Part shown: piece by piece, positions 28,643-38,252 of the stretch
Layout of the letters: every line of letters begins with the position of its first letter
How positions within the stretch are numbered: position 1 is the first letter of the stretch
Sequence record: DRR723986_17763
Direction: 5' to 3' (one strand)
Length of the DNA stretch: 51,601 nt
Translations under genes and position numbers: made by a program
Notes under the pieces: generated by a model
What the model was told of the DNA's origin: nothing
Databases searched by the model: none
The model's input: the letters and a program-made list of their open reading frames with translations, nothing else

Positions 28643-29455
28643 ATGGGAAGTCAAAGCTTTTTCTGGGCGGGCAATCTGAAATTTCTTAGAAAGCGACGCA
28701 AATTGAGTCAGGATATGCTGGCTGAGAATCTTGGCATGACTCGAGCCAAACTGAATGCACATGAAAATGGACATAGCAAGTCACCGGCAATCGAGGATTT
28801 GCTGCTGTGTGCGGATTATTTCAGGATGAGTGTGGATACGCTGCTTCGGGTGGATTTGTCCAAACTAAGTGAACTGAAGATCCGTGATCTGGAAGCTGGA
28901 AATGATGTGTTTTTGAGCGGTTCGAAAGTTCGGATTCTCGCCACCACAGTGAGTTCAAGTAATGAGGATAACATAGAGCTTGTGCCGATTAAAGCCAAAG
29001 CTGGCTATTTGGGCGGTTTTGGAGATCCAGAGTATTTGAGCACACTGCCGGTTTTCAATTTGCCAAATCTGTCAAAGGATAAAAAATACCGCATGTTCCA
29101 AACCGAAGGGGATAGCATGCTGCCGATCGCGGATGGTGCCTATGTGATCGGTTCGTACTTGTCCGAGTGGAGGCTAGCCAAAGAAACTCCCTGCGTGGTG
29201 GTGACGGCAAGTGAGGGGGTCAGTTTTAAGATGTTAAGTTTTCAGGCGGAGGAGAGAAGCTTTTTGCTTCGTTCGCTAAATCCAATTTACACTCCTTATA
29301 GGGTTCCTGCAGAGGAAATCCGTGAGATATGGAAGTTTGAATATTATATGAGTGATGAGTTTCCGCAGGAGCCGCTGACGTTGCAACAAGTTGGGATTGA
29401 AATTTCGGAGATTAATAGGAAGTTGGGGTTGATGCAGAAGGGAGGGGAGCTTTGA
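28643..29455 (+). CDS. XRE-HTH / S24 peptidase repressor (non-canonical LexA-like)
   Basis: N-terminal HTH_3 (NLKFLRKRRKLSQ), Ala-Gly site KAGY, GDSM serine, FK lysine; start moved to ATG 28643. Confidence 0.88.
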   Translation: MGSQSFFWAGNLKFLRKRRKLSQDMLAENLGMTRAKLNAHENGHSKSPAIEDLLLCADYFRMSVDTLLRVDLSKLSELKIRDLEAGNDVFLSGSKVRILATTVSSSNEDNIELVPIKAKAGYLGGFGDPEYLSTLPVFNLPNLSKDKKYRMFQTEGDSMLPIADGAYVIGSYLSEWRLAKETPCVVVTASEGVSFKMLSFQAEERSFLLRSLNPIYTPYRVPAEEIREIWKFEYYMSDEFPQEPLTLQQVGIEISEINRKLGLMQKGGEL

Positions 29456-29490
29456 GAGATTATTTCTCGCGACGACGCAGCGAATGAGTT

Positions 29491-29523
29491 AACCTTTGAG
29501 GTCTTTTTTTGACCTCGAAGGTT
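29491..29523. repeat. REP-like hairpin (CCTT..AGG family)
   Basis: AACCTTTGAGGTC-T7-GACCTCGAAGGTT. Confidence 0.6.
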
Positions 29524-29607
29524 TCGTCTAGATGATTAATCTCCCGCTCCCGACAGCTGTACGGGAGGCGCGAAGGCAGGTTTTTTGAGGATATATTTTT
29601 TAATACA

Positions 29608-29896
29608 GATCCTGCCTTTGGCACTCGTTGGTTCGAACTTCCACCGTAAACCCAGAATTACATTCTGGGCTTTTATAGACCTTGCCGTTGGCAAGGGATT
29701 GGAAGTCCCAATACGCGTGATGATTGTTGGACTGAAGCTATGTGAATAGCAATAGATCAACGTGTGTAAGCAGTATTTTATCGACTCTAGTGCGCTTTTT
29801 GTGCCAACGGCACAACCATTAACAGCCCCGAATTCAGAGAAGCGAAATTCTGGGTAAAACCAATTCGAAATCACTAGGAGTGCCAAAGGCACGATC
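29608..29896. mobile_element. REPIN/MITE-like non-autonomous element (two inverted composite palindrome units)
   Basis: 19-bp terminal inverted repeat with 1 mismatch; nested IRs ACCCAGAATT/AATTCTGGGT and TGCCGTTGGCA/TGCCAACGGCA. Confidence 0.6.
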
Positions 29897-29994
29897 AGTT
29901 CTACAGCATATTAATAAGTGAAATTTCACTAGTTTTGCCCTTTAGCCAATCGCTAAATCCAATCGTAACACCCTTTAATTTTTATACCTCAGTC

Positions 29995-31161
29995 TTGACT
30001 AAACCACTTTCCTCTCAATCACTCCTTATCACCGGGATTATTTTGGTTTCGATCAATTTGCGCACCTCGATAGCGTCGGTTGGACCTTTGATTCCATTTA
30101 TCCGGGAGGACTTAGGCTTGTCCAATGGCTTGGCGGGATTTCTCACCACACTTCCTCTGTTGACGTTTGCTACATTTTCTCTTTTTGCTCCTAGGATAGG
30201 AAAGCGACTGGGGATGGGAAGAGCCGTGTTTTTGGGAGTTGCTATTCTTACTACCGGAGTGATACTGCGTGTGTTGGGAGGAATAGAATTGCTGCTTTTT
30301 GGTACAGCGCTGACTGGAATAGGGATCGTGATTGCCAATGTGCTGCTGATTCCTTTGATCAAAGTCAGACTGCCGGAGAAGCTAGGCTTGATGACAGCTT
30401 TGCTGGCTACGATGATGTCGCTTTTTGCCGCGATTGCTGTAGGTATGAGTGTGCCGATTGCGGTGGATTGGGATTTCGGATGGCGGGGATCTTTGGCGTT
30501 TTGGGCTGTATTTATGGTTTTGGCGATGATACTATGGATTCCACAACTTCAGCGACCTAAGGCAAGTCTCACTGAAGTCACCGATCCTGCAAAAAATGTG
30601 TGGAAATCCAAGTTGGCCTGGCAGATCACTATTTTCATGGGCTGTCAGTCCGTGATGTATTTTACCATGGTGACCTGGTTGCCGGATATGTTGATTTCCC
30701 GGGGTTGGACTCCAGCACAAGCGGGTTTTGTTTCTTCTATGATGCAGGTGGTTTCTCTTCTGGGATCTTATTTTGCTCCCAATTTCCTCATCAAACTCAG
30801 GGAGCAAAGTGGAGTCGTATTGGCTGTGGGAGTAGCCTATGTGCTAGGTTATTTAGGTTTGTTTGTAGAAAACGAGTGGGTGACTTATGCTTCGCTGGGA
30901 ATCGTAGGGATTTGTATGGGATCGAGTTTGAGTATCGCTTACACACTCATTGCTTTGCGCACCGCTGAGGATCAGACCACTGCCAAGCTTTCAGCAATGG
31001 TGCAGTCTTCTGGTTATTATTTGGCAGCGCTAGGCCCTTTTCTTTTTGGCGTGTCGCTGGATCTTTTTGACAACTGGAATGTGTTGATTTTCTTCTTGTT
31101 ATTCTTTGCTTTAGCCTTTACCTTTTTCGGGGTACCGGCAGGAAGAGATAGCAAAATCTAA
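29995..31161 (+). CDS. CynX/NimT family MFS transporter
   Basis: NLRTSIASVGP, GFLTTLP, WRGSL, SAMVQSSGY; TTG start inferred. Confidence 0.88.
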   Translation: MTKPLSSQSLLITGIILVSINLRTSIASVGPLIPFIREDLGLSNGLAGFLTTLPLLTFATFSLFAPRIGKRLGMGRAVFLGVAILTTGVILRVLGGIELLLFGTALTGIGIVIANVLLIPLIKVRLPEKLGLMTALLATMMSLFAAIAVGMSVPIAVDWDFGWRGSLAFWAVFMVLAMILWIPQLQRPKASLTEVTDPAKNVWKSKLAWQITIFMGCQSVMYFTMVTWLPDMLISRGWTPAQAGFVSSMMQVVSLLGSYFAPNFLIKLREQSGVVLAVGVAYVLGYLGLFVENEWVTYASLGIVGICMGSSLSIAYTLIALRTAEDQTTAKLSAMVQSSGYYLAALGPFLFGVSLDLFDNWNVLIFFLLFFALAFTFFGVPAGRDSKI

Positions 31162-31230
31162 TTCCAAATATTATTTCGTCCTTCATGGAATAGGGTGTAA
31201 TTTTGCGCTCAAATCAAGACCCTGTTTGCT

Positions 31231-31833
31231 ATGCAAGAATTCCTTCAAACTCTAGGCGTGTCCGAGCAATTGTTTGATTACCTGATTATGCCTTTGCTTA
31301 TCTTCTGTGCAAGAGTCGGAGATGTGTCGATCAACACCCTGAGAATCATGTTTATGATGAATGGGAAAAAGAATATTGCGCCATTTTTGGGTTTTTTTGA
31401 GGCTCTGATCTGGCTTTTGGCGATTGGTCAGATTTTTCAAAACATAGATAATCCGCTGTCTTATCTGGCTTATGCGGGTGGATTTGGTACTGGGACGTAC
31501 GTGGGGATGTATTTTGAGGAAAAATTGGCGCTTGGAAGAGTGCTTGTGAGGGTGATTACGCCGAAACCACTTCCAGATTTGATTGAGTACATGAAAGAAC
31601 GTGATTTCCGCTTTACCAATGTGGGTGGCGAAGGTCGCTTTGGAAAGGTAAATCTACTTTTTACTGTAATGAAACGTGATTCTTTGAAGGAATTTGTGGA
31701 CAAAGTGCAGAGCATAGACGAAAAAGCATTCTATACTATCGAGAGCGTGAAGCGGGTATCTGAGGACGATTTAAATGTGATGGATGACAAGCCACGATTT
31801 AATATGAGTTTCTTCAGCAAAGCCCGTACTTAA
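31231..31833 (+). CDS. DUF2179/DUF5698 (UPF0316) membrane protein
   Basis: IFCARVGDVSINTLR, GFFEALIW, YAGGFGTG; TAATTTTG promoter at 31198. Confidence 0.85.
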   Translation: MQEFLQTLGVSEQLFDYLIMPLLIFCARVGDVSINTLRIMFMMNGKKNIAPFLGFFEALIWLLAIGQIFQNIDNPLSYLAYAGGFGTGTYVGMYFEEKLALGRVLVRVITPKPLPDLIEYMKERDFRFTNVGGEGRFGKVNLLFTVMKRDSLKEFVDKVQSIDEKAFYTIESVKRVSEDDLNVMDDKPRFNMSFFSKART

Positions 31834-32546
31834 TGGCCAATTCCTGGTTTCAGTTTCAGCAGTTTCGGGTCAATCAGGATCGCTGTGCAATGAAAATCAG
31901 CACCGATGCTGTGATGCTTGGAGCTTTGGCAGGAGCCGAATCGCCAGTACAAATATTGGACGTAGGAACTGGCACCGGCGTGATTGCCTTGATGCTTGCG
32001 CAGCGATTTCCAGAGGCAAAAATTCAGGCTGTAGAGATAGATTCTCAGGCGGCATCTCAGGCTTTGGAGAATTTTCAGATAAATACTTTTTCGGATCGCA
32101 TGCAGCTTTGGGAAGGTAGGTTTCAGGACTTCGAGCCTCAGCAGAAATACGATCTGATTGTCAGCAATCCGCCTTATTTTCCTGATCATCTCAAATCATC
32201 CAATGCGCAGCGAAATATGGCTTTGCATACAGATGAGCTTTCCTTTGAGGATTTATTGGGAAAAGTGGGAGAACTTCTTGCTGAAGATGGACGGTTCTGG
32301 GTTATTCTTCCGCCACGACAAATGCAGGATTTTAAGAAGGAAGCAGAGGTGAAAGGATTGTTTCCTGCAAGGAAATTCACACTCCAAGACAAGCCCGGAA
32401 AACGAATACAACGGGAAATTTGTGCTTTTTGCAGAAGTCAGAATGAGGTAGATGCTTCAACCATTTTTATCAAAAATGAAGATGAAACGCCTCATGAAAC
32501 TTATGCGGGTCTAGTTTCAGAATTCCTGCTTGGCTTCAAGGCTTAA
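31833..32546 (+). CDS. yfiC: tRNA1(Val) (adenine(37)-N6)-methyltransferase
   Basis: FQFQQF..CAMKISTD, LDVGTGTG, VSNPPYF. Confidence 0.88.
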   Translation: MANSWFQFQQFRVNQDRCAMKISTDAVMLGALAGAESPVQILDVGTGTGVIALMLAQRFPEAKIQAVEIDSQAASQALENFQINTFSDRMQLWEGRFQDFEPQQKYDLIVSNPPYFPDHLKSSNAQRNMALHTDELSFEDLLGKVGELLAEDGRFWVILPPRQMQDFKKEAEVKGLFPARKFTLQDKPGKRIQREICAFCRSQNEVDASTIFIKNEDETPHETYAGLVSEFLLGFKA

Positions 32547-33873
32547 CCTCCCGAACTTCTTCCCGGAAGCGAATTCCATGACTTTTCAGCTCAGCCAAAA
32601 TCGGATTATAAATTTCCGGAAGTACAGGGACGTGGAGGCCAGTTAGGTTGATTTTTCCATCCAAAAATAAATCAACAGCAAGCGCAAGTGGTAGGCCTAC
32701 TGTCTTTGCCATAGCGGTGTAGGTTGCATCTTCCCCAATGCATACCAGACTTGATCTGATCTCTTGGGTGCCTTCCCCAGTTTTGATTTCGAAAAGGTGC
32801 TGCATCACAATCATGTCCTTGTCTTCTGGGTAAAGCTTCCAATTCTTTTCGAGAATTGCCTGCAAAATTGCGGCTGGAGAACCGCTTATATTCGGTAGCA
32901 AATCATTCCCGAAAAAGCCCAACCACTGGATTTTTTCCCAGGTAGGAAAATCAAAATCAGGGATCAGATTGCCTAACTTTTCTTCCACCGAAAGCGTGGG
33001 GTCGTAAGGCAGAAATGAATTTAGGAACTGTCTCAGCGTAGTATCTTCCGGCAAATTCATCTGAAAACTATCATCACACATTCCCAATTGCACGAATACA
33101 TTCCAGGCTTTGCAGTAGCCATCTCTTCGCAATGTTCCTCTGAGCATGGTTCCTATATTTTCCAGTCCATAGACCTTTCTGTAGCTGAGTGAATCCCTGT
33201 TTGGATAGCCATCAAAATCCCCTAATCCCGGAAATTGGATAGTTTCCAGCCGGTTGAAAAGCTGATGGTAGGGAACAAACTTCAAATCGCCTTTTTCTAT
33301 GTAGCGTGAAGTGCCCTGACCTGCCAGCACCACGTTTCTGGGGTTCCATGTGAATTTGTATTTCCAGGGATTGTCTTCTGACTCCGGCGCGAGAAGTCCA
33401 CCGCAATAGGATTTGAAAGAGATGATTTCATCGCCTTTTGATTTCACATAGTCAATGATCTGCATGGCTGACATGTGGTCAATTCCTGGGTCAAGGCCGC
33501 ATTCGTTGAGGAAAAACAATCCCTTTGCCTCGATTTCTGATTTCATTTCACGCATTTCTTCCGACTCATAGGATGCCGAGAAAAAGTGTTTTCCAAATTC
33601 CAGACAGTCTTTTGCCACTTTAGGATGCATAAAAGCGGGAAGCATGGAAATCACCAGATCTGCTTCTTTGATCATAGACTGCCGAACATGCGAATCTTCA
33701 ATATCTAGCTGACGCGCTTCAGTATTTGGCTGATTTTTAAGCTTTTCCTGAGCAGAAGCTAGGTGGAGATCCGCCAAAATCAACTTGCGGTCTTTGGCTT
33801 GGCAGCTTTTGGCTAAGAAATCGATCAGAAAAATGGCGGATTTTCCACCTCCTAAAATCAGAATGGTATGCAT
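32536..33873 (-). CDS. Saccharopine dehydrogenase family protein
   Basis: ISMLPAFMH, ECGLDPGIDH, SYCGGL, YKFTWNP, YPNRDS, MAKTVG. Confidence 0.9.
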   Translation of the reverse strand: MHTILILGGGKSAIFLIDFLAKSCQAKDRKLILADLHLASAQEKLKNQPNTEARQLDIEDSHVRQSMIKEADLVISMLPAFMHPKVAKDCLEFGKHFFSASYESEEMREMKSEIEAKGLFFLNECGLDPGIDHMSAMQIIDYVKSKGDEIISFKSYCGGLLAPESEDNPWKYKFTWNPRNVVLAGQGTSRYIEKGDLKFVPYHQLFNRLETIQFPGLGDFDGYPNRDSLSYRKVYGLENIGTMLRGTLRRDGYCKAWNVFVQLGMCDDSFQMNLPEDTTLRQFLNSFLPYDPTLSVEEKLGNLIPDFDFPTWEKIQWLGFFGNDLLPNISGSPAAILQAILEKNWKLYPEDKDMIVMQHLFEIKTGEGTQEIRSSLVCIGEDATYTAMAKTVGLPLALAVDLFLDGKINLTGLHVPVLPEIYNPILAELKSHGIRFREEVREVKP

Positions 33874-33994
33874 TGCATGTCGGGTTATTGAAGCTAAAAT
33901 GGAGAATATATTTTAGGGTAAAAAATTGTAGAGAGAATATAAAAAGGAACATTTCCCTACCTTAATCGTTAGGAAAACTCCAATTTACCCAACG

Positions 33995-34477
33995 ATGAGC
34001 AAGAAAATAAAAATAGAAGCTGAGTTTGAAGAACTGGGCTGGGATGAACTGACTATCGAAGAGCAACAGCTGATGATGCGGGCGAGAAAAGTGTCAGAAA
34101 AGGCTTATGCGCCCTATTCTGACTTTCATGTAGGTGCGGCTGTGCGACTTGAGTCTGGAGAGATTCTTCAGTCCAGCAATCAGGAAAATGTGAGTTTCCC
34201 TGTTGGCGTTTGTGCCGAGCGATTGGTGCTTGGGTATGCTGGAGCCAATTTCCCTGATCTGGCAGTTAAGCAAATCGCCATTGTAGCGAGAAGAAAAGGC
34301 GAGGAGATTTGGGCTGGAGTTTCGCCTTGTGGGCTTTGCCGGCAGACGATCAATGAAATGGAAATGCGATTTAATCGGCCAATCAACATCCTAATCCAGA
34401 ATCCTGATGGAAGTGTACTTCGCTTTCCCGGAATTCAGACGCTTTTGCCTTTTAAGTTTGACGATTTGAATGCTTAG
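33995..34477 (+). CDS. cdd: Cytidine deaminase (homotetrameric type)
   Basis: AYAPYSDFHVGAA, NQEN, CAER, PCGLCRQ. Confidence 0.93.
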   Translation: MSKKIKIEAEFEELGWDELTIEEQQLMMRARKVSEKAYAPYSDFHVGAAVRLESGEILQSSNQENVSFPVGVCAERLVLGYAGANFPDLAVKQIAIVARRKGEEIWAGVSPCGLCRQTINEMEMRFNRPINILIQNPDGSVLRFPGIQTLLPFKFDDLNA

Positions 34478-35129
34478 TATTTTGAAGAAAAGTATCAATT
34501 TTCAGTATCAAGCGCATTACTCGGTCACGCATGAGCCTACTTTCGAAGAGAAGGAAATCTGGCTGGTGCTGCACGGCTATGGGCAATTAGCAGAGTTTTT
34601 TATCCGAAAATTCCAAGGCTTTGATTCTTCAGAGCGGCTTTTTGTTGCACCTGAAGCTACTAATTATGGATATCTCACTGGCTTTGCGGGAAGAGTTGGA
34701 GCCAATTGGATGACTAAGCATGAGCGGGAAATAGCCATTCAAAACAACCATAATTACCTAGACCTTTTGATGGAGAATTTGCTTTCGCAGTTTAAAGAAA
34801 AACCAAAAATCAATGTGCTGGGATTCTCACAGGGTGCGGCGACGGCCACGCGTTGGGCAAGTAGATGGCCAGGTCAGGTAAATCAGTTGGTACTTTGGGC
34901 AGGGGGATTTGCTGAAGATTTGATTTTGGAAGATGCCCGTAAGAAATTTTCCAAGACTAGACTGACGCTAGTTCTTGGGGATCAGGATGAATTTATTACT
35001 TCGGAAAGTATTGAAAAACAGGAGGGTTTGATCAAAAGTTTGGGCAAGGAGGTGAAAAAGCTGTCTTTTGCCGGAGGCCATGAGATTGATATTGAAATGC
35101 TTTCAAAAATTCTTGATTCAAGTAATTAA
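34470..35129 (+). CDS. Alpha/beta hydrolase (phospholipase/carboxylesterase family)
   Basis: HGYGQ, GFSQG, GDQD, GGH. Confidence 0.85.
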   Translation: MLSILKKSINFQYQAHYSVTHEPTFEEKEIWLVLHGYGQLAEFFIRKFQGFDSSERLFVAPEATNYGYLTGFAGRVGANWMTKHEREIAIQNNHNYLDLLMENLLSQFKEKPKINVLGFSQGAATATRWASRWPGQVNQLVLWAGGFAEDLILEDARKKFSKTRLTLVLGDQDEFITSESIEKQEGLIKSLGKEVKKLSFAGGHEIDIEMLSKILDSSN

Positions 35130-35224
35130 ATCCCATTATATTGGCGCTTCAATTGCTTAATTAATACTATAATTTGATCACAATTCGACTTTCACTATTT
35201 TTCTGAAAATTTTGTAAACCATCA

Positions 35225-35662
35225 ATGCTTTCGCTTACTGAAAAGGAGATAGACCTTATCTCAACCCAATTACTCAAAGGAATGATCTGTTTCTATCAGA
35301 TCGACAAGAAAAGAATTCATCAGATGCCAGATGATGAGGATTATTACAACTATGATCTGACTGAGGCTGAAGAGGATGTACTGGATGAAATCGAAGAAAA
35401 CCCGGACAATTATGCCGAGTTTACCCAGATGGAGCCAGCTCAGGAGCATCAGATGATGCAGGATTTTATTGACCGTCGAGTCAAAGAGAAAAATCTAGCG
35501 GATGATTTGGTGAGCTCACTGACCAAACCAAAGGCAAATACCGCTTTCAAGTTTTTGATCGATGATTCCAAGTACAAATCCGAATGGATAGAATTCCGAA
35601 AGGAAAAGTACTACGACTGGATCAAAGAGCAAGTTGATAGTTTCAACTACACCGAAGATTAA
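35225..35662 (+). CDS. UPF0158-like acidic protein
   Basis: Acidic; MMQDFI..L..SL..K...FK..W..FR pattern. Confidence 0.6.
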   Translation: MLSLTEKEIDLISTQLLKGMICFYQIDKKRIHQMPDDEDYYNYDLTEAEEDVLDEIEENPDNYAEFTQMEPAQEHQMMQDFIDRRVKEKNLADDLVSSLTKPKANTAFKFLIDDSKYKSEWIEFRKEKYYDWIKEQVDSFNYTED

Positions 35663-35669
35663 GACATTT

Positions 35670-35701
35670 ATAGCCGTTCAATTTTGGGCGGCTATTTTTT
35701 T
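35670..35701 (+). terminator. Intrinsic terminator
   Basis: ATAGCCGTTC...GGGCGGCTAT followed by T-tract. Confidence 0.75.
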
Positions 35702-35748
35702 ATAACTCCACTGAGTGAGATTTCGCCAATATTTCATATTTTAATTGG

Positions 35749-36255
35749 ATGCAAAAGTTGCCTGATTTTTTAATACGGAATACCCTTGAGCCAGGAGACC
35801 TTGGACAGGTGGCGGCATTACATGGCAAAGTCTATTCAGAAGAGCATGATCTCGGGCTAGGTTTCGAAGCTTATGTCATGGAGAGTTTGCTTGAATTCTA
35901 TCGCGCCTACAATCTAAAAAGGGATAAAGTCTGGGTTGTAGAAAGTGAAGGTAAGCTGGTCGGCTTTGTATTACTGATGCACCGCCCTGCAAATAGAGCT
36001 CAGTTGCGGTATTTTATCCTCGCAAAAGAATTTCGAGGTTTTGGTATCGGAAGCAAGCTCATGAAAGAATGGATGGAGTTCTATCTTGACAAGAACTACG
36101 ATGCTGCCTATTTGTATACCACAGCTGGATTAGATGCAGCAGCAATCTTATATGAAAGGATGGGCTTCCGCAAAATAAGCGAGATGAAGTCTAGGAATTT
36201 TGGTTTGCCTCTGTTGGAGCAGTATTATGAGTTAGTTACTCATCCGAAAAAGTAA
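35749..36255 (+). CDS. GNAT family N-acetyltransferase
   Basis: AQLRYF, RGFGIG, LYERMGF. Confidence 0.88.
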   Translation: MQKLPDFLIRNTLEPGDLGQVAALHGKVYSEEHDLGLGFEAYVMESLLEFYRAYNLKRDKVWVVESEGKLVGFVLLMHRPANRAQLRYFILAKEFRGFGIGSKLMKEWMEFYLDKNYDAAYLYTTAGLDAAAILYERMGFRKISEMKSRNFGLPLLEQYYELVTHPKK

Positions 36256-36262
36256 AGAATGT

Positions 36263-36298
36263 AAGTGGTAAGAAGTTCGGAAATTTCTTACCACTTTT
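36263..36298. terminator. Bidirectional terminator
   Basis: AAGTGGTAAGAA...TTCTTACCACTT between convergent genes. Confidence 0.7.
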
Positions 36299-36303
36299 AA
36301 TTC

Positions 36304-36963
36304 TTACCGAATGCTCTTAATCACTTGTAAAGTTTCTTTGATTTTATTCTCCAAGAGATCGTATTGCTGATTTTTGATCCAGTCTTTTTTGAATAGTTGG
36401 GAGCCCATTCCCACGCAGTATACTCCAGCATCAAACCATTCTTTTAAGTTTTCCTGTGTTGGTTCTACTCCGCCAGTTGGCATGATATGCAACTCAGGGT
36501 AAACAGACTTGGCTGCAGCTACAAATGCCGATCCCACCACATTTCCTGGGAATGCTTTTACTAAAGTTGCTCCAAGTTTTTTTGCATGAAAAATCTCTGA
36601 CATGGTCGCACATCCCGGGACCCAAAAGACATCCTTAGAATTGCAGAAAACCGCCAGTTCTGGGATTAAAGCAGGAGAAACAATAAAATCTGCTCCAGCT
36701 TCGATAAATGCATTTGCATCTTCGGTAGTGAAAATGGTGCCTATACCCATGACCATATCTGGATATTTGCCTGCATATGAATAAAGCTCCCTGAAAACCT
36801 CTAGCGAGTTTGTTGCCCTATTGGTGAATTCAAAAACCCGAATACCTGCTTTATAGGAAGCGTCAAGAACGCCTTTTGCTACTTCTATATCTACATGATT
36901 GAATACAGGAATCATCCCTGTTTCGCTCATAGCTTTTAACATTTCACTGTTTGAAAATCTCAT
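36304..36963 (-). CDS. eda: KHG/KDPG aldolase
   Basis: FEFTNR, GIGTI, FIVSP, VKAFPG, MPTGGV. Confidence 0.88.
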   Translation of the reverse strand: MRFSNSEMLKAMSETGMIPVFNHVDIEVAKGVLDASYKAGIRVFEFTNRATNSLEVFRELYSYAGKYPDMVMGIGTIFTTEDANAFIEAGADFIVSPALIPELAVFCNSKDVFWVPGCATMSEIFHAKKLGATLVKAFPGNVVGSAFVAAAKSVYPELHIMPTGGVEPTQENLKEWFDAGVYCVGMGSQLFKKDWIKNQQYDLLENKIKETLQVIKSIR

Positions 36964-36970
36964 CTTATAA

Positions 36971-37966
36971 TTATCGTAAAAGTTTACCTACATTTTTTCC
37001 TTCCACCAATTGGCTCACTTCATCTACAGAGACGAAATTGGCATCACCTGGGATAGAGTGTTTTAGCACCGAAGCCGCAACTGCAAAATCAAGTGCATTT
37101 TGATCGTCGAAATGCAATAGTCCATAGATCAATCCAGCCATATATGCATCTCCACCTCCGATTCTATCCACGATATGTGTCATTTCGTAGGTTTTGGACT
37201 CTAGCATGGTTTCACCATTCCAAAGAACTCCGTTCAGATCATTGGCCGATGCGCTGATGGAATCACGATGTGTGGTGGAAACATATTTAAGTGATGGGCA
37301 CATGGTTTTGGCTTTTTCACACGCTTGCAAATAGTCTGTGTCTGTGATTCCCATGCAGTTTTCGAAGTCGGTCAGACCCGCGATGATCAGATGCGATGGT
37401 TTGATCAATTCTGGCATGATATCCATAGGGCCTTTGCCATATTGCCATAGATTTCTTCGGTAATTGATGTCCGCGCTGATTTTTACACCGAGTCTAGAAG
37501 CAGCGTTTACGGCAGCTTTGCAAAGATCAGCGGCAGATTGGGATACAGCAGGAGTTATTCCCGTCCAATGGAACCAATCTGCGCCCTCAAATATCTTTTC
37601 CCAGTTGAAGTCATCTGGATTTAAATTGGAAAAGGCGGAATCAAAACGATCGTATATTATTTTGGAAGAACGTTGCATAGCTCCATTTTCCACAAAATAA
37701 ATACCCATCCGACCTTCATTGAATTGGATGAGGGAGGTATCTACTCCTGCAAATTGCAACGTGTTAGTAGCAGCCTTGCCGATATCGTTGGTGGGGAATA
37801 CAGTCACATGAGCTGCAGATTCCCCCCAGTTTGCTAGTGAGATGGCTACATTTGCCTCGGCACCGCCATAAATGACGTCATAAGATCTGGTATTGATGAA
37901 TCTCTCGTAACCCGGTGTAGAAAGGCGGAGCATGATTTCGCCAAGCGTGATAATTCTATGAGGCAT
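36971..37966 (-). CDS. kdgK: 2-dehydro-3-deoxygluconokinase (PfkB family)
   Basis: GEIMLRL, GGAEANVA, HWTGIT, DINYR, DRIGGGDA; adjacent to eda; start moved to ATG 37966. Confidence 0.85.
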   Translation of the reverse strand: MPHRIITLGEIMLRLSTPGYERFINTRSYDVIYGGAEANVAISLANWGESAAHVTVFPTNDIGKAATNTLQFAGVDTSLIQFNEGRMGIYFVENGAMQRSSKIIYDRFDSAFSNLNPDDFNWEKIFEGADWFHWTGITPAVSQSAADLCKAAVNAASRLGVKISADINYRRNLWQYGKGPMDIMPELIKPSHLIIAGLTDFENCMGITDTDYLQACEKAKTMCPSLKYVSTTHRDSISASANDLNGVLWNGETMLESKTYEMTHIVDRIGGGDAYMAGLIYGLLHFDDQNALDFAVAASVLKHSIPGDANFVSVDEVSQLVEGKNVGKLLR

Positions 37967-38252
37967 TTGTGAGCTGGGTTTAAAGGATGATGAGTTTCCG
38001 AAAAATTGTGGAGGCAAATTATGTTCTAATTGCCAATTAATTATAGGACAATAATAAATGTCAAAAATTGGTTTACCAATTTTTTCTCTTCAATTTTTTG
38101 TAGGGAATAGAATAACTTCAAGGATTGGTTGGTCAGTGATGTTTCGTATAAAGAGTGATTTCTTTGAGTTTTACCGTGCCCCTTCAGAATATTTTTTTAA
38201 TTTTGCCCCAATTTGGACTTAAGCAAAACTTTCTCTTCAATCTCCCTCTCTA

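Noticed and set aside
29536-29892. 118-aa ORF on - strand
   Set aside because: Coincides with the palindromic fold-back element; composition not protein-like
29608-29896. Possible tRNA, tmRNA or retron msr-msd (GGTTCGAAC, GGGGCTG, terminal IR)
   Set aside because: No cloverleaf or CCA end; the tmRNA-like pieces lie on opposite strands; no reverse transcriptase nearby
24433-29900. Prophage or integrative element around the XRE/S24 repressor
   Set aside because: No integrase, phage structural genes or att-like direct repeats seen
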